From an uncultured Eubacteriales bacterium (GTDB taxonomy: Bacteria; Bacillota; Sulfobacillia; Fermentithermobacillales; Fermentithermobacillaceae): 64,000 bases of DNA. Below the pieces are notes generated by a model. It was given only the letters and a program-made list of their open reading frames with translations. It searched no databases and was not told the DNA's origin. This document shows positions 39,394 through 50,731 of this stretch, in pieces. Location: contig CAZXLH010000004.1 of the NCBI GenBank assembly GCA_964641455.1, positions 14,777 through 78,776 on the forward strand. Reading direction: 5' to 3'. Position numbers and translations under genes: made by a program. Each line of letters starts with the position of its first letter. Position 1 is the first letter of the stretch.

Positions 39394-40056
39394 TCAATGG
39401 GCCCGAACGATTTCCTTAATTCTCATAAGCCTGGATATATTAGCCCGTTCCATTTCCTCAAGCCTCATTTCGACGCTTTTAACGGCTTGCTCCAATTCCG
39501 GAATTAAAATATGTTCCAGTGCATTTACCCTTCGCCTGGTTTTTTCTATCTCATCCGCTAACAAATGGATCGTTCTTTCAACATATGATAACCGTACCAA
39601 TAAAGGTAAAATTCCTTTAAATTTTTCAATGGCGTCATCAAGATCTGACGAGGTCGACGCCAAGCCATAACTTGGAAGGGCATCTGCGCTGCCGTCATCT
39701 TGCTCCTCATGGTCATGCTCTGTGTCACGCTGAGCAATCTCCATTTGTGGTACTACCACATTCATGATTTGGCGGTAAGTTACAGATATTTCTTCGGCTC
39801 CGCCTGGCACCATCAAAGCTTCTTCCAATACAGAAGGTGACAAAACGGCACGGGCCAACGAAAAACTCTTATAAGCAGCAGCCAGCTCTTGCTCCAACTC
39901 ATGCCTTAACTGCTGGCTTTCATGGATGATTGCCAGAAATTCCCGCATTAGCTGGTCTCGCTTATCTTTTAAGAGCCTGTGGCCCCGTGTTGCCATTTGT
40001 ATCCTACCTTTTAGACGAGTGAGTTCTTGTCGCGTGGCATTGGCCCTAATCTCCAC
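39394..40056 (-). CDS. atpD: V/A-type ATPase subunit D
   Basis: 220 aa with an N-terminus MEIRANATRQELTRLKGRIQMATRGHRLLKDKRDQL typical of V-type D. Confidence 0.85.
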   Translation of the reverse strand: MEIRANATRQELTRLKGRIQMATRGHRLLKDKRDQLMREFLAIIHESQQLRHELEQELAAAYKSFSLARAVLSPSVLEEALMVPGGAEEISVTYRQIMNVVVPQMEIAQRDTEHDHEEQDDGSADALPSYGLASTSSDLDDAIEKFKGILPLLVRLSYVERTIHLLADEIEKTRRRVNALEHILIPELEQAVKSVEMRLEEMERANISRLMRIKEIVRAH

Positions 40057-40071
40057 CTTCTGTCACCTCCC

Positions 40072-41466
40072 TTAACCGGTTTGGCCATCTCCGTCTCCCT
40101 TGGGCATGTACTTATCGATATTTTCCTGGGACAGACGCTTAAGTTCGATCTGTGGCAACTGTGACATGAGATGCCATCCAAGATCGAGTGTTTCTTCAAT
40201 AGATCTGTTTTCGTTGAAACTCTGGTTAACAAACATTTTCTCAAACTGGTCTGCAAAGCGCAAAAAGATTTTGTCGCTTTCTGTCAGCGCAGCCTCACCT
40301 AGAATTACAGCCAATTCCCGTGCTTCCTTGCCGCGGTCATAGACATCTGAAAGCTGGTTAAGCACGTCTGCGTGGTCTTCCCGTGTTTTGCCTGCCCCAA
40401 TGCCTTTATCTTTCAGCCTGGACAACGACACAGATATGTCTACAGGCGGATAAATACCTGACCTGTGAAGTTCTCTTGAAAGAATTATCTGCCCTTCTGT
40501 AATATAGCCGGTCAAGTCAGGAATAGGGTGAGTCTTGTCATCTTCCGGCATTGTGAGAATGGGAATTTGGGTTATCGAACCGGCTTTGCCTTGTATTCTG
40601 CCTGCCCTTTCGTAAATTGAAGCCAGATCAGTATACATATATCCGGGATAACCCCTGCGCCCGGGAACCTCTTTCCTGGCTGCCGATACTTCACGCAAAG
40701 CCTCTGCATAGTTGGTCATGTCTGTAAGAATAACCAGCACATGCATGCCTAAATCAAAAGCCAGATACTCGGCTACGGTCAAAGCCATCCGCGGCGTTGA
40801 AATTCTTTCGATAACCGGGTCATTTGCCAGGTTGGTGAAAACAACGGCCCTGTCAAGAGCTCCTGTAGCCCTGAAACTTGAGACGAAATAATCAGCTTCT
40901 TCAAAAGTAATGCCCAGGGCGCCAAATACGACAGCGAAGGGCTCCTTGGTTCCAAGTACGGTTGCTTGCCTTGCTATCTGGGCAGCAATTTGTGCGTGAG
41001 GGAGCCCTGCCCCTGAAAATATAGGCAATTTCTGGCCACGAACCAAGGGGTTCATACAGTCTATTGACGAAATACCTGTTTGTATAAACTCAGACGGATA
41101 TGCCCGTGCATAAGGATTAATTGGATCACCGCTTATGTCTAACCGCTTGTCCGGCAAAATTTTAGGCCCGCCGTCAATGGGGTTCCCTGCTCCGTCAAAA
41201 ACGCGCCCAAGAATATCCGGAGATACGGGAATCTCAAGAACCCGCCCTAAAAATCTTACCTTAGACGACCTTACGTCGAGTCCTGAAGTACCTTCAAAAA
41301 GCTGTACAAGCGCCGTCCCTTCGGCAGCCTCAAGTACGCGTCCCCGCCGGAGCCGGCCGTCTCCGGTTTGTATTTCTACCAATTCATCATAGTGAACTTC
41401 GGAAACCTGTTCGACCACAATAAGTGGCCCTGACACCTGCGTAATAGTCGTATATTCCAACGGCAT
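40072..41466 (-). CDS. atpB: V/A-type ATPase subunit B
   Basis: 464 aa with the non-catalytic nucleotide-binding fold ([22 protein letters not shown]). Confidence 0.9.
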   Translation of the reverse strand: MPLEYTTITQVSGPLIVVEQVSEVHYDELVEIQTGDGRLRRGRVLEAAEGTALVQLFEGTSGLDVRSSKVRFLGRVLEIPVSPDILGRVFDGAGNPIDGGPKILPDKRLDISGDPINPYARAYPSEFIQTGISSIDCMNPLVRGQKLPIFSGAGLPHAQIAAQIARQATVLGTKEPFAVVFGALGITFEEADYFVSSFRATGALDRAVVFTNLANDPVIERISTPRMALTVAEYLAFDLGMHVLVILTDMTNYAEALREVSAARKEVPGRRGYPGYMYTDLASIYERAGRIQGKAGSITQIPILTMPEDDKTHPIPDLTGYITEGQIILSRELHRSGIYPPVDISVSLSRLKDKGIGAGKTREDHADVLNQLSDVYDRGKEARELAVILGEAALTESDKIFLRFADQFEKMFVNQSFNENRSIEETLDLGWHLMSQLPQIELKRLSQENIDKYMPKGDGDGQTG

Positions 41467-41508
41467 ATAGATTCCCCCATGCTAAACTTTCCACTTTATA
41501 CGTTACGG

Positions 41509-43278
41509 TTACTGAGTCTCATCCCTGGATTCGTCACGTATTGCGGCCATAATCTCTTCGAATTCTTTAGGCCACTCTGCTTCCTTGACCACTCTGGCTC
41601 TTCCAATTCGCTCTCTGACTTTCATTTCGAGAACTCTTTCAAGTTTGACACCTTTTTCCAAAAGACGCATTCCATTGTGATGGAACTCAAGTATGATTTT
41701 GAGAATGCCATATTGTTTTTCCTGAGAACAGTACGTGTCTATCTCATGGAACGCACTCTGATACAAAAAGTCTTCCCGCAAAGACTTGGCTGTTTCAAGA
41801 ACCATCCTCTGCCTATCAGAAAGCGAATCCAAACCTACAAGCCTCACTATTTCCAAGAGCCCGTCTTCTTCCTGGAGAATCGCCATGGCTTCGTCGCGCA
41901 TATCCGGAAAATCCCTTCCAACGGTTTCCCTGAAATACGGGTCTAACCTGTCAGCATAAAGGGAGTAACTGTTAAGCCAGTTAATAGCAGGGAAGTGCTT
42001 TCTTGCAGCCAGCCTGTCATCAAGCCCCCAGAACACCTTAACAATGCGCAAAGTTGACTGGGTTACAGGTTCAGACAAGTCACCGCCCGGAGGCGATACT
42101 GCTCCAATTGCGCTCAGCGCCCCGTAACGTTCACCGGAGCCAAGCACTTGAGCTTTTCCTGCTCTTTCATAGAATTCTGAAAGCCTTGAGCCAAGATACG
42201 CAGGATATCCTTCTTCACCCGGCATTTCTTCCAGGCGCCCGGATATTTCCCTCAGCGCCTCAGCCCATCGCGAGGTTGAGTCTGCCATCAAGGCAACATC
42301 GTAGCCCATATCCCTGTAGTATTCAGCAATGGTTATACCTGTGTAAACCGATGCTTCACGGGCTGCAACAGGCATGTTCGACGTATTTGCCACAAGAATG
42401 GTACGCTCCATAAGCGGCCGCCCGGTAGCCGGATCTATGAGTTCAGGGAATTCCATGAGCACGTCGGTCATCTCGTTTCCTCGTTCGCCGCAGCCTACAT
42501 ATACGATAATATCGGCATTGGCCCATTTGGCCAGCTGGTGTTGAATAACTGTCTTTCCGCTTCCAAACGGCCCGGGAACACAAGCCGTGCCTCCTTTTGC
42601 TATAGGAAAGAAAGCATCTATTACTCTTTGTCCTGTAATCAGGGGTTCTGAAGGCGGAAGTTTGTCCTTTACAGGCCTCGGCCTACGCACAGGCCACCTT
42701 TGAAGTAAGGTTACTTCATTGTCGCCCTGATCGGTTTCAAGAACACAAACAGCTTGCGTAACTGCAAATTCGCCTTCACTGATAGACTTCACCACGGCCT
42801 TGCCTACTTCAGGTGGCACCAAAACCTTGTGTTCAACAACAGGTGATTCCTGGACAGTCCCAAGAATGTCACCGGAAGTTACGGCCTGGCCTTTCTCAAC
42901 CAACGGCACAAAATGCCACTTGTTTTCCCTATCAAGCCCGGGAGCCTCCAGCCCACGGGCAATAAAGTCTCCGGCCATTTCGGCCAGAACATCAAGGGGC
43001 CTTTGAATTCCATCAAATATTGATCCTATTAACCCCGGCCCAAGTTCGACGCTTAGGGGAACACCTGTTGAAACCACTGGCTCGCCAGGGCCTACTCCTG
43101 ATGTTTCCTCATATACCTGGATTGAAGCGGTATCGTCTTTAAGTTCAATAATTTCGCCGATAACTCTATTATCGCCAACCCGTACAACGTCGAACATGCG
43201 GCAGCCGGCCATGCCGGAAGCTATCACTAAAGGCCCGGATACTTTAACAATCCGCCCTGTAATCTGGTTTTCTGCCAT
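41509..43278 (-). CDS. atpA: V/A-type ATPase catalytic subunit A
   Basis: 589 aa with the Walker A motif [11 protein letters not shown] and the V-type A non-homologous insertion region. Confidence 0.9.
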   Translation of the reverse strand: MAENQITGRIVKVSGPLVIASGMAGCRMFDVVRVGDNRVIGEIIELKDDTASIQVYEETSGVGPGEPVVSTGVPLSVELGPGLIGSIFDGIQRPLDVLAEMAGDFIARGLEAPGLDRENKWHFVPLVEKGQAVTSGDILGTVQESPVVEHKVLVPPEVGKAVVKSISEGEFAVTQAVCVLETDQGDNEVTLLQRWPVRRPRPVKDKLPPSEPLITGQRVIDAFFPIAKGGTACVPGPFGSGKTVIQHQLAKWANADIIVYVGCGERGNEMTDVLMEFPELIDPATGRPLMERTILVANTSNMPVAAREASVYTGITIAEYYRDMGYDVALMADSTSRWAEALREISGRLEEMPGEEGYPAYLGSRLSEFYERAGKAQVLGSGERYGALSAIGAVSPPGGDLSEPVTQSTLRIVKVFWGLDDRLAARKHFPAINWLNSYSLYADRLDPYFRETVGRDFPDMRDEAMAILQEEDGLLEIVRLVGLDSLSDRQRMVLETAKSLREDFLYQSAFHEIDTYCSQEKQYGILKIILEFHHNGMRLLEKGVKLERVLEMKVRERIGRARVVKEAEWPKEFEEIMAAIRDESRDETQ

Positions 43279-43284
43279 GCCGCA

Positions 43285-43638
43285 TCATTCCTCTCCCTTG
43301 AACAAAATATCTGCGCCAATTGCTTTTTCTGCACGCTTGCGTAAAAGTTTCATACCAATACCTTGAGGTTTGCGTGCATCAGGCAAAATAGTGACTATAG
43401 GTTTTGGCATGTCATATAAAGGTTCAAGATCTTTTTCAAGTACTTGCGCAATCTCCTCAGTAACAAACAAAATAGCATAGTCTCCTTCAACAATAGATGA
43501 AAGCCCTTTGCGAGCCTCGCCTGGGCTGTCAGCAGGAAATGCAACGGCTCCGCTGGCCTTAAACCCCAAAATAGCGTCTCTTTGGCCTAACACTGCTACC
43601 TTAGACATAACTTTCACGCAACCTCTCTGATATCTCAT
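43285..43638 (-). CDS. V/A-type ATPase subunit F. The likely start is the internal MSKVAVLG near 43608.
   Basis: About 105 aa with the VAVLGQRDAILGFK motif of V-type F; positioned between C and A. Confidence 0.75.
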   Translation of the reverse strand: MRYQRGCVKVMSKVAVLGQRDAILGFKASGAVAFPADSPGEARKGLSSIVEGDYAILFVTEEIAQVLEKDLEPLYDMPKPIVTILPDARKPQGIGMKLLRKRAEKAIGADILFKGEE

Positions 43639-44665
43639 TTTCCGGAATCAGAGACTGCTTTCCGGAAAGGATGATTCTAAGGTTCTTTACCTCAATTTCC
43701 CGGCCAAACACATATCCAAACACCGGTTCCGGGCCCAGGCAAACTGACCCGGCCTCGCGTACTATTTCAACAACGGTATTGTCACATTGTTTTTCCCACT
43801 TGGTAAGAGACTGTTTTTGCTCTGCAAGCAATACACCCTGCTTTGCAAGGTTTTCCAATTGAGTTCCTTTGTAAACCCCGGCAATGTCTTGATAATCTCC
43901 AAGGTAGGCTTCTGCCAATTTAACCGGTTTTATGTTGCCCCCCAAAAGCACAATATTGCCAAAATCAGTGCCGGAAATCCCAAGAAGTTTTGCCCTGATT
44001 GCCATTTTCAAATTAACGATGTCGATCTCTGATTTGATGAACTCAATAAGAGCCGGATACCCGTATTTCCTGTAAACTGATTCGGCCCACCCATAGTAGG
44101 ACTTGTCTATCCAGCTATCTACTTCAAAAGGCGATAACCCGGAAAGCGCATCTCCTTTAGCCACCTGCCGGTACGTCCCGGCTATTTCAAGGCTTACCTC
44201 ATATGCACTCTCTGTTCTTGGGTCCGGTTCCTGTTCAAACCACATTGAAATACTTTCACCTTGATCGGCTTTAGTAAGTATTTCTTTTAAGTGATCCAGG
44301 GAAAGGTTCCCGAGTTCAGAGAAAGCCCCCGGTTCATCAGGAACCCCTAACAATTGAGCCTTAAGCAGCACTTTAAGGTTGTGAAAATCATAACGCGCTC
44401 TGTAAGCGGCAAGAACCATAGGTTCAGGCGCAAGCTTCATCATGCTATCGTGGGCATCCTTGACCGCCTCTTTGAGTGCGGTTTCGAAAAACGATGCATC
44501 CTCAAGTTTTGATACATACGGGCCATAGAATGAATCTCTAAGTGTCATTAGCGCCGTTTCCAAATTGCCGGCATCTAAAATCTGGCTCAAGTCGCTCCTT
44601 GTGAGAAGCCCTTTTTCAATTATCCTAATGCGGCCTACAGGGCTTGCCCAAAGATAGTCTCTCAA
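43601..44665 (-). CDS. V/A-type ATPase subunit C (d-like)
   Basis: 354-aa helical protein in the conserved I-K-E-C-F-A-B-D order. Confidence 0.7.
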   Translation of the reverse strand: MRDYLWASPVGRIRIIEKGLLTRSDLSQILDAGNLETALMTLRDSFYGPYVSKLEDASFFETALKEAVKDAHDSMMKLAPEPMVLAAYRARYDFHNLKVLLKAQLLGVPDEPGAFSELGNLSLDHLKEILTKADQGESISMWFEQEPDPRTESAYEVSLEIAGTYRQVAKGDALSGLSPFEVDSWIDKSYYGWAESVYRKYGYPALIEFIKSEIDIVNLKMAIRAKLLGISGTDFGNIVLLGGNIKPVKLAEAYLGDYQDIAGVYKGTQLENLAKQGVLLAEQKQSLTKWEKQCDNTVVEIVREAGSVCLGPEPVFGYVFGREIEVKNLRIILSGKQSLIPENEISERLRESYV

Positions 44666-45282
44666 GGCTCATTCTCCTTCTCTGAAGCACCTTTAAAAAG
44701 AATCTGAGCCAATTCTGTTTCAAGGCCTTCCCTTATTAGGTTCAATATAGCCGGAAACGTCGCATTATCTGCGACCCCGCCTTTTCTTAATATGAAGCCG
44801 CCACCTAATTGCTCAGGAGTAAATGAAATCTTTAGATTGCTTGCTTTGCCCTGTTGTTTTAAAGCGCTTTGAGCCGCATCCCGGAAATCAGGGCCTAACC
44901 GCCGGTTATCATGCTCACTTAGAATCAGTTCTTCTGTACCGTCAGATTTTTGCCCAATCAGATCCAGCAACATTGCCCGGTATTCTTCATCTGACAAATT
45001 GGAAAACCACCGTAAGGCTTCGTCAAAGACCTGAGAGATGAGTTCCTGCTTCGCCCCAAGAATCATCTGTTTTTTTCGCATATCTCTTTGAGAAGCGGCA
45101 ATGCTTTCAATTTGCGCTGCCTCGGTTCGAGCTTCGTCCAGAATCTTGGTTTCAAGCAAAGCAGCCTTTTCTTCGGCAGTTTTAATCTTTGACTCAGCCT
45201 CTGCCTTTGCAGAGGTAAGAATCTCTTCCTTTAGCAATGACGCTTTCTCGTCTATTCTTTTTAAAATGTCTTCCAAGGGCAT
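44662..45282 (-). CDS. V/A-type ATPase subunit E
   Basis: 206 aa with a long N-terminal coiled coil (EAESKIKTAEEKAALLE...). Confidence 0.7.
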   Translation of the reverse strand: MPLEDILKRIDEKASLLKEEILTSAKAEAESKIKTAEEKAALLETKILDEARTEAAQIESIAASQRDMRKKQMILGAKQELISQVFDEALRWFSNLSDEEYRAMLLDLIGQKSDGTEELILSEHDNRRLGPDFRDAAQSALKQQGKASNLKISFTPEQLGGGFILRKGGVADNATFPAILNLIREGLETELAQILFKGASEKENEP

Positions 45283-45295
45283 CCACTATTTCCCC

Positions 45296-45856
45296 CTAGA
45301 TCTTAACTGCAAACATAATCAATAGAATCGAAGCCAAAAGGCCCAATACAGCGTAAGTCTCAACCATAGCAGACAAAATCATGGCTTTTCCGGATTCTTC
45401 GGCATTTGCGGCCACAATATCCATACCTGCAAGCGAAACCCTTGCCTGGTAAAGCGCAGAGATCAAGCATGAAACTGCAGCAGGGACGCATGCAAAAAAC
45501 ATCTGCCATCCTTGCTCAAGAGAAAGCTGCAAAACAGCTTCGAAAGCGTTCATTCTCACCAGAACCAAAAAGCCTACCAAGAATCCATAAATCCCCTGGG
45601 TTCCCGGAAGAGCCTGTAAGAGGAGCAAGCGCCCGAACATGTCAGGATCTTCAGCAGTCATTCCGGAAGCTTTTTCGCCTGTGACTCCAACGCCTACAAT
45701 CGAGCCAATCCCACCCAGAAACACAGCGAGTCCGGCACCCATGAGCGCCAAAACGTTCCCACCCAATACCGGCCCAAAGAAAAGGCCTATGACTATCATG
45801 ATTATAAGAGACAAACTTCCCACAAGAAGCCAGTTTCCAACCATTCCTTTAAACAC
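45296..45856 (-). CDS. V/A-type ATPase proteolipid subunit K
   Basis: 186-aa, very hydrophobic protein with a duplicated c-subunit hairpin and Gly-rich helices (GAGLAVFLGGIGSIVGVG). Confidence 0.75.
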   Translation of the reverse strand: MFKGMVGNWLLVGSLSLIIMIVIGLFFGPVLGGNVLALMGAGLAVFLGGIGSIVGVGVTGEKASGMTAEDPDMFGRLLLLQALPGTQGIYGFLVGFLVLVRMNAFEAVLQLSLEQGWQMFFACVPAAVSCLISALYQARVSLAGMDIVAANAEESGKAMILSAMVETYAVLGLLASILLIMFAVKI

Positions 45857-45939
45857 AAATGTTCCCTCCCAGTCTGTCTTGCCCTTACTGTTGCTTCTTT
45901 TTGCTCATTTTTACACTTTGCGTAGAGTAACACTGATTT

Positions 45940-47928
45940 TCAGTCGGTTAGTGATACATTTTCCCGAACTTTCTTCAATGGCTTAAACGGCCGGCCACCC
46001 CCCTCGAAAAACTGTGTGAAGAACTCAACGAACTGTAAACGTCCTGAATGGACAAAACTTCCAAGCGCGTTAATCGAAAGATTAAACAGGTGTCCGATAG
46101 CGAGTATTACAGGGACAAAGACCCAACCTACTTTAGGCACCATAAGGACTACAAGTTTTGAAATTGTGTTTACAACCACGCCTATAACCGCACTGGCAAG
46201 CCCCAGGGCCAAAATACGGGCATACGACAAAGTGTTTGAAAAATAGTCGATAATAGAATACAACCCGCCTATACCAGAGAACGGTTTTAGCAAGATGTTT
46301 TTCTGGCGCCGTGAGCCTGAGTAAACAATCATAAGCGCTCCGGCGATCATGATGTAAAGCGGGATATCACTCTGGATTACACCTACTTTGGATGCAGCCC
46401 ACAAAACGAGCCCGGGCAAAAACAGTACCCAGGAACCATGATCCACGATTCCGTCAACAACTTGCCCGTTTCGAACCGTTCCTATCATTTTGACAATAAT
46501 ACCTACCCAAAGATGAGTAATCCCAAACAACAATGAAACCAAGAGAAGAGTCATTGGATCATTAATTGGGTCCAGCACTTGTAAGTTGCTTGTAAACCGT
46601 TCAAATGCAGTACCCGGAAGAAACGCGGTAGGAAAATCTCCGAGCCAGCTTCCCATGAGCGCACCTGCAAAAAACGTAGACACGCCACAATACATCAAAA
46701 GCCTCATCAACCTGTCGTCTTCAAGGTTTTGAGTTTTTATAAACCTCCATGAAAACACAAAAAGCATAATGCCATATACTGCATCTCCCAGGCACATGGC
46801 GAAGAAAACCCAGAAGAACGGCGCCAACCACGGAGTAGGGTCTATCTCATTATAATTTGGGTACCCGAATATATTGGTAACAGCTTCAAAAGGCCTTATA
46901 ATAGGATTGTTTTCAAGGTAAACCGGAACGTCATCATCAGGCCCCGGTTCTTCATCGATAACTTCTATATCTCTGAATTGCTTTAAACCATCCCTGAAAA
47001 CATCAACCTCTTTAGCCTTTACATAGCCCTCAACCACCAAAGTAAAACGGGTTCTTGAAGCCTCTTTCCGGACCTGTGCAAGGTTTTGCTTGTCAAGGTA
47101 GTAGTCTGTGAGTGCAAGCACATCCATAAGGCCCTGGGCCATTTCAGTGTCTTTGGCCAAAATATCTTCCCGCTCTTTTTCCAGTTCCAATAGCTTGTGT
47201 CGGATGTTCTCGCAAATATCAGAAACAAGCCCTGTTTCTGAATACCCCTCTGCTTCCCTTGCAAGATCTACAGAAGAACCTCCCAAAGCAGCTATCAAAG
47301 AACTAAGCGGCGAACCCTGCTGATCCTGGCCTGAAAATACAACTAACCAAACCCCGGCTTGCCCGCGATCTTCCCAAATCACTTTGCAGTATACGCCTCT
47401 TGATGATAAATCCGAGCGATCTGCAGGCAAGGCAGGCACAGGAAGCACTGCCAAACCGGTTTCGCAAGTTCTGGTTGCTCCTATTTCACTAATGGGAATA
47501 TCAAGCTGTTTCCAGGGTTCAAAAACTTCGGCTTTTTGCTCCAATTCGCTGATTTGTTTTTTGATGTCGCCAAGCCTGGTGTCATGCTCTTTTACTTTTG
47601 CAAATACCTGTGGCACGTCATGTTTGGCAACTGCATTTTGAAATTCTGCATGTGACATCTCCGGCTTTTTTCCGGTAAACATATCAATGAAACTTTTTTC
47701 GATGGTATTATACCGTTCAAAATAAGACTTAATCTCAGCCAACTGGGAAAGCCGCTCAACATACTCAGGAGTCTCTGCATCAAACCCGATTTCCACTGCC
47801 TCCTCGCCGGTTACCGCAGTAGATTTGGAAATATGCATAAGCCCCATATCCCTCAACGCTTCAAAAAGAGGGCCTTCAAGTTCCTCATATGCCAGTATGG
47901 TGATTTTCCGCATTCTTGCAACAGCCAT
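45940..47928 (-). CDS. V/A-type ATPase subunit I (a-like stator subunit)
   Basis: 662 aa with a cytoplasmic coiled-coil N-terminal half and a C-terminal polytopic membrane half. Confidence 0.75.
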   Translation of the reverse strand: MAVARMRKITILAYEELEGPLFEALRDMGLMHISKSTAVTGEEAVEIGFDAETPEYVERLSQLAEIKSYFERYNTIEKSFIDMFTGKKPEMSHAEFQNAVAKHDVPQVFAKVKEHDTRLGDIKKQISELEQKAEVFEPWKQLDIPISEIGATRTCETGLAVLPVPALPADRSDLSSRGVYCKVIWEDRGQAGVWLVVFSGQDQQGSPLSSLIAALGGSSVDLAREAEGYSETGLVSDICENIRHKLLELEKEREDILAKDTEMAQGLMDVLALTDYYLDKQNLAQVRKEASRTRFTLVVEGYVKAKEVDVFRDGLKQFRDIEVIDEEPGPDDDVPVYLENNPIIRPFEAVTNIFGYPNYNEIDPTPWLAPFFWVFFAMCLGDAVYGIMLFVFSWRFIKTQNLEDDRLMRLLMYCGVSTFFAGALMGSWLGDFPTAFLPGTAFERFTSNLQVLDPINDPMTLLLVSLLFGITHLWVGIIVKMIGTVRNGQVVDGIVDHGSWVLFLPGLVLWAASKVGVIQSDIPLYIMIAGALMIVYSGSRRQKNILLKPFSGIGGLYSIIDYFSNTLSYARILALGLASAVIGVVVNTISKLVVLMVPKVGWVFVPVILAIGHLFNLSINALGSFVHSGRLQFVEFFTQFFEGGGRPFKPLKKVRENVSLTD

Positions 47929-47974
47929 AAACTCGCCGCATGGCCAACAAAGGCAATCCTGCGGCTTCCCCCTT

Positions 47975-48292
47975 TCACACCGCTTCTAAAATTCGGTCCA
48001 CAACAAGCCTGACTGCATCTTCAAAATTGTTAGACGCCACCTGCTTAATCTTATCAATTTCAGCCTGAGCTTCATTTACAGCGCTTTTTAGTGCAGAGTC
48101 TGCAACTTGCTTAGCGCCCTCAATTGTTTCGCCGGCTTTGGTTTGAGCTTTTTGTTCAGACTCGGCAGCAATCTGCTCAGCCTTCTTATCTGCCTCATCT
48201 AACAGATTGCCGGCTTCCAATCTTGCCTGTTCAATCTCTGCTTCTGCCTTTTTCTCAGTCTCAAGTATAATATCAAGTTCTTTTTTGGCCAC
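47975..48292 (-). CDS. V/A-type ATPase subunit G/H (peripheral stalk)
   Basis: 105-aa Ala/Glu/Lys-rich helical protein at the 5' end of the operon. Confidence 0.6.
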   Translation of the reverse strand: MAKKELDIILETEKKAEAEIEQARLEAGNLLDEADKKAEQIAAESEQKAQTKAGETIEGAKQVADSALKSAVNEAQAEIDKIKQVASNNFEDAVRLVVDRILEAV

Positions 48293-48334
48293 CCAATCCC
48301 GCGCTTTATTCGTTACAGGCGCGGTCTCCCTCCT

Positions 48335-49525
48335 TTAACGAAATGTTTCAAGTTCGTCCGGCTCTTCACCGGATAAACCATACCAATATAACAAGGCTCC
48401 GGCAATTCTTTGAGCAGCACGCCCATCACCAAAGGGACTTCTGGCCGTGGCCATCTGCTTATACCTTTCTATATTGTCTAACAAATCATTAACTGTGTCT
48501 ATAATCAGGCGTTTGTCAGTTCCAACCAAAGTGACGGTGCCTGCTTCAATAGCCTCAGGCCGTTCTGTCTTTTCCCTGCACAATACCACAGGGACGCCAA
48601 TAGCAGGGGCTTCTTCCTGAATTCCGCCTGAATCAGAAACAACCAGGTAAGCGCGTTTGACAAGATTTACATAATCTGAATAATCCAAAGGATCGAATAA
48701 CGTTACGTTATCTATTCCGCCGAGGTGCCTCAAAATAGGCTCACGGGCATTTGGGTTCTTGTGAACCGACACCAGAAGCCTTACATCTTGCTTTCTTTGC
48801 TTTGCAATACAGGCAAGCGCCTGACAGATGTTTTCCATTCCCTGGCCGAAATTTTCCCGCCTATGTACTTCCACCACTATTGTGCGAACCTTCTCCCGGC
48901 CGCTTGCATCCAAAGCGTTAAGCGTTCTGTTTTTGAAAACATAATCATCTTTTACTGTCATGAAAAGCGCATCTATTGCTGTGTTACCGGTAACAAATAC
49001 CGATTCTTCAGGAATGCCTTCGTGCAAAAGATTGTCTTTGGCCCTCTGTGTAGGTGCAAAGTGGATATCGGATATAAGCCCGGCAATGCGTCTGTTAATC
49101 TCCTCAGGAAAAGGGGCATATTTGTCGCCGGTCCTGAGCCCTGCCTCTACATGCCCGCAAGGAATTTTCTGATAGTAAGCAGCCAAAGCGCTGGCTGCAG
49201 TGGTAGCAGTGTCGCCATGAACCAGGATCATGTCCGGGCGTTCTTGTTTTAGAACAGGCGTAAGCCGCTCAAGTACCCTTATAGTGGTTTCATCCAGGCT
49301 CTGGCGTGGCTTCATTATGTTAAGATCGTAGTCTTCCTTAACGCCGAAATGCTGCATTACCTGGTCAAGCATTTCACGGTGTTGAGCAGTAACGGCGACC
49401 CGTGAGACTATTTTTGGAAACCGGTTCCTAAGTTCAATCACAACCGGAGCCATTTTTATAGCCTCCGGACGTGTACCGAAAACAGACAACACTTTTATGC
49501 TTTTGCCAAGCAACAAATTCCACAC
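48335..49525 (-). CDS. mnaA: UDP-N-acetylglucosamine 2-epimerase (non-hydrolysing, MnaA/WecB)
   Basis: 396 aa with LSVFGTRPEAIKMAPV and HVEAGLRT motifs. Confidence 0.9.
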   Translation of the reverse strand: MWNLLLGKSIKVLSVFGTRPEAIKMAPVVIELRNRFPKIVSRVAVTAQHREMLDQVMQHFGVKEDYDLNIMKPRQSLDETTIRVLERLTPVLKQERPDMILVHGDTATTAASALAAYYQKIPCGHVEAGLRTGDKYAPFPEEINRRIAGLISDIHFAPTQRAKDNLLHEGIPEESVFVTGNTAIDALFMTVKDDYVFKNRTLNALDASGREKVRTIVVEVHRRENFGQGMENICQALACIAKQRKQDVRLLVSVHKNPNAREPILRHLGGIDNVTLFDPLDYSDYVNLVKRAYLVVSDSGGIQEEAPAIGVPVVLCREKTERPEAIEAGTVTLVGTDKRLIIDTVNDLLDNIERYKQMATARSPFGDGRAAQRIAGALLYWYGLSGEEPDELETFR

Positions 49526-49551
49526 CTTTCAATCGCTGTGTCAAAAAACTC

Positions 49552-50616
49552 CTAACCCGGCCGCTTTGACTTGGTTTTGCGGGAACCAGGTTCGTGCTTT
49601 TTTGCAGGCATGGTTAGGATACCCAATTTATGGGCTGCGAGAAAAATTCCCAGAACTGCCAAGCCTGCAATAGGCCCGCTTCCTGCAACCGGAAGAAACG
49701 TTGAAAACAAACCAAGCAGCCCAAATGCCGCCGTGACCAGATAAATGGCAACCACTGCCTTCTTTTGGCTTAAGCCAAGTTCAAGCAAACGATGGTGAAT
49801 GTGATCGTGGTCGGCACGGGATACAGGTTGTCCCAATGCACTCCGCCTTATGATTGCAAATGCAGCGTCTGATATTGGGACCAAAAGGGCAAGAATAGGG
49901 GCAAATACTGCCATGGCAACCGTTGATTTCACCAACCCTTGGACAGCCAGTACAGAAAGGGCCAACCCAAGGTACATTGCACCTGCGTCGCCCATAAAAA
50001 TTGATGCAGGGTGGAAATTGTACGGCAAAAACCCCAGTACTCCGCCTGCTATGGCGGCAGCGGCTAAACTAACGGAAGGCACACCGGCCCTTGCTGAAAC
50101 AAACACAGTTACCAAAGCTGTAATGCCGGATATTCCGGCTGCCAAACCATCCAGCCCGTCAGACAGGTTAATTAGGTTTTCGAAAGATACAACCCACAAT
50201 ACGGTGAGAGGAATTGCAAAAGGCCCTATAAACCGGATTGTCCCTGTAAACGGGTCTGTCATAAACGTTATGTCAACCCCGAAAGCAACCACAACTAAGG
50301 CAGATCCAAACTGCCCCAGAATCTTCTGCCACGGTTTGAGCGTATAGAGGTCATCTATGATTCCTACCATTAAAATGAAAAGCCCGCCAAAGATTATGCC
50401 TTGTTGGGTAGCTTTATCTTGAGGGCCCGTAATTAAAATAGCAGCAACCGATGCTGCATATATAGCCACGCCGCCCAGGTACGGTACCGGGCGGGTGTGA
50501 ACACTGCGTTCGTTAGGATGAGCCATAGCGCCAAACTTGCGCGCCAGGGCCCGAACCAACGGGGTTAGGACAATGGCCAGTAAGAATGCTATCACAAATG
50601 CAATCAACGCCTGCAA
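49552..50616 (-). CDS. tagO: Undecaprenyl-phosphate GlcNAc-1-phosphate transferase (TagO/WecA, MraY family)
   Basis: 354-aa polytopic protein with the DDxxD-like motif GIIDDL and the MraY-family architecture. Confidence 0.85.
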   Translation of the reverse strand: MQALIAFVIAFLLAIVLTPLVRALARKFGAMAHPNERSVHTRPVPYLGGVAIYAASVAAILITGPQDKATQQGIIFGGLFILMVGIIDDLYTLKPWQKILGQFGSALVVVAFGVDITFMTDPFTGTIRFIGPFAIPLTVLWVVSFENLINLSDGLDGLAAGISGITALVTVFVSARAGVPSVSLAAAAIAGGVLGFLPYNFHPASIFMGDAGAMYLGLALSVLAVQGLVKSTVAMAVFAPILALLVPISDAAFAIIRRSALGQPVSRADHDHIHHRLLELGLSQKKAVVAIYLVTAAFGLLGLFSTFLPVAGSGPIAGLAVLGIFLAAHKLGILTMPAKKHEPGSRKTKSKRPG

Positions 50617-50731
50617 ACTCTCCTACCCCTTTCAGTACCATTTTTTTCAGGTGCTGTTTTTGATAACATCATTAACTAACGGCATTTGATCGAGTCTATT
50701 CTAACCAACCCAACTCAGACAAGTCAATTGC

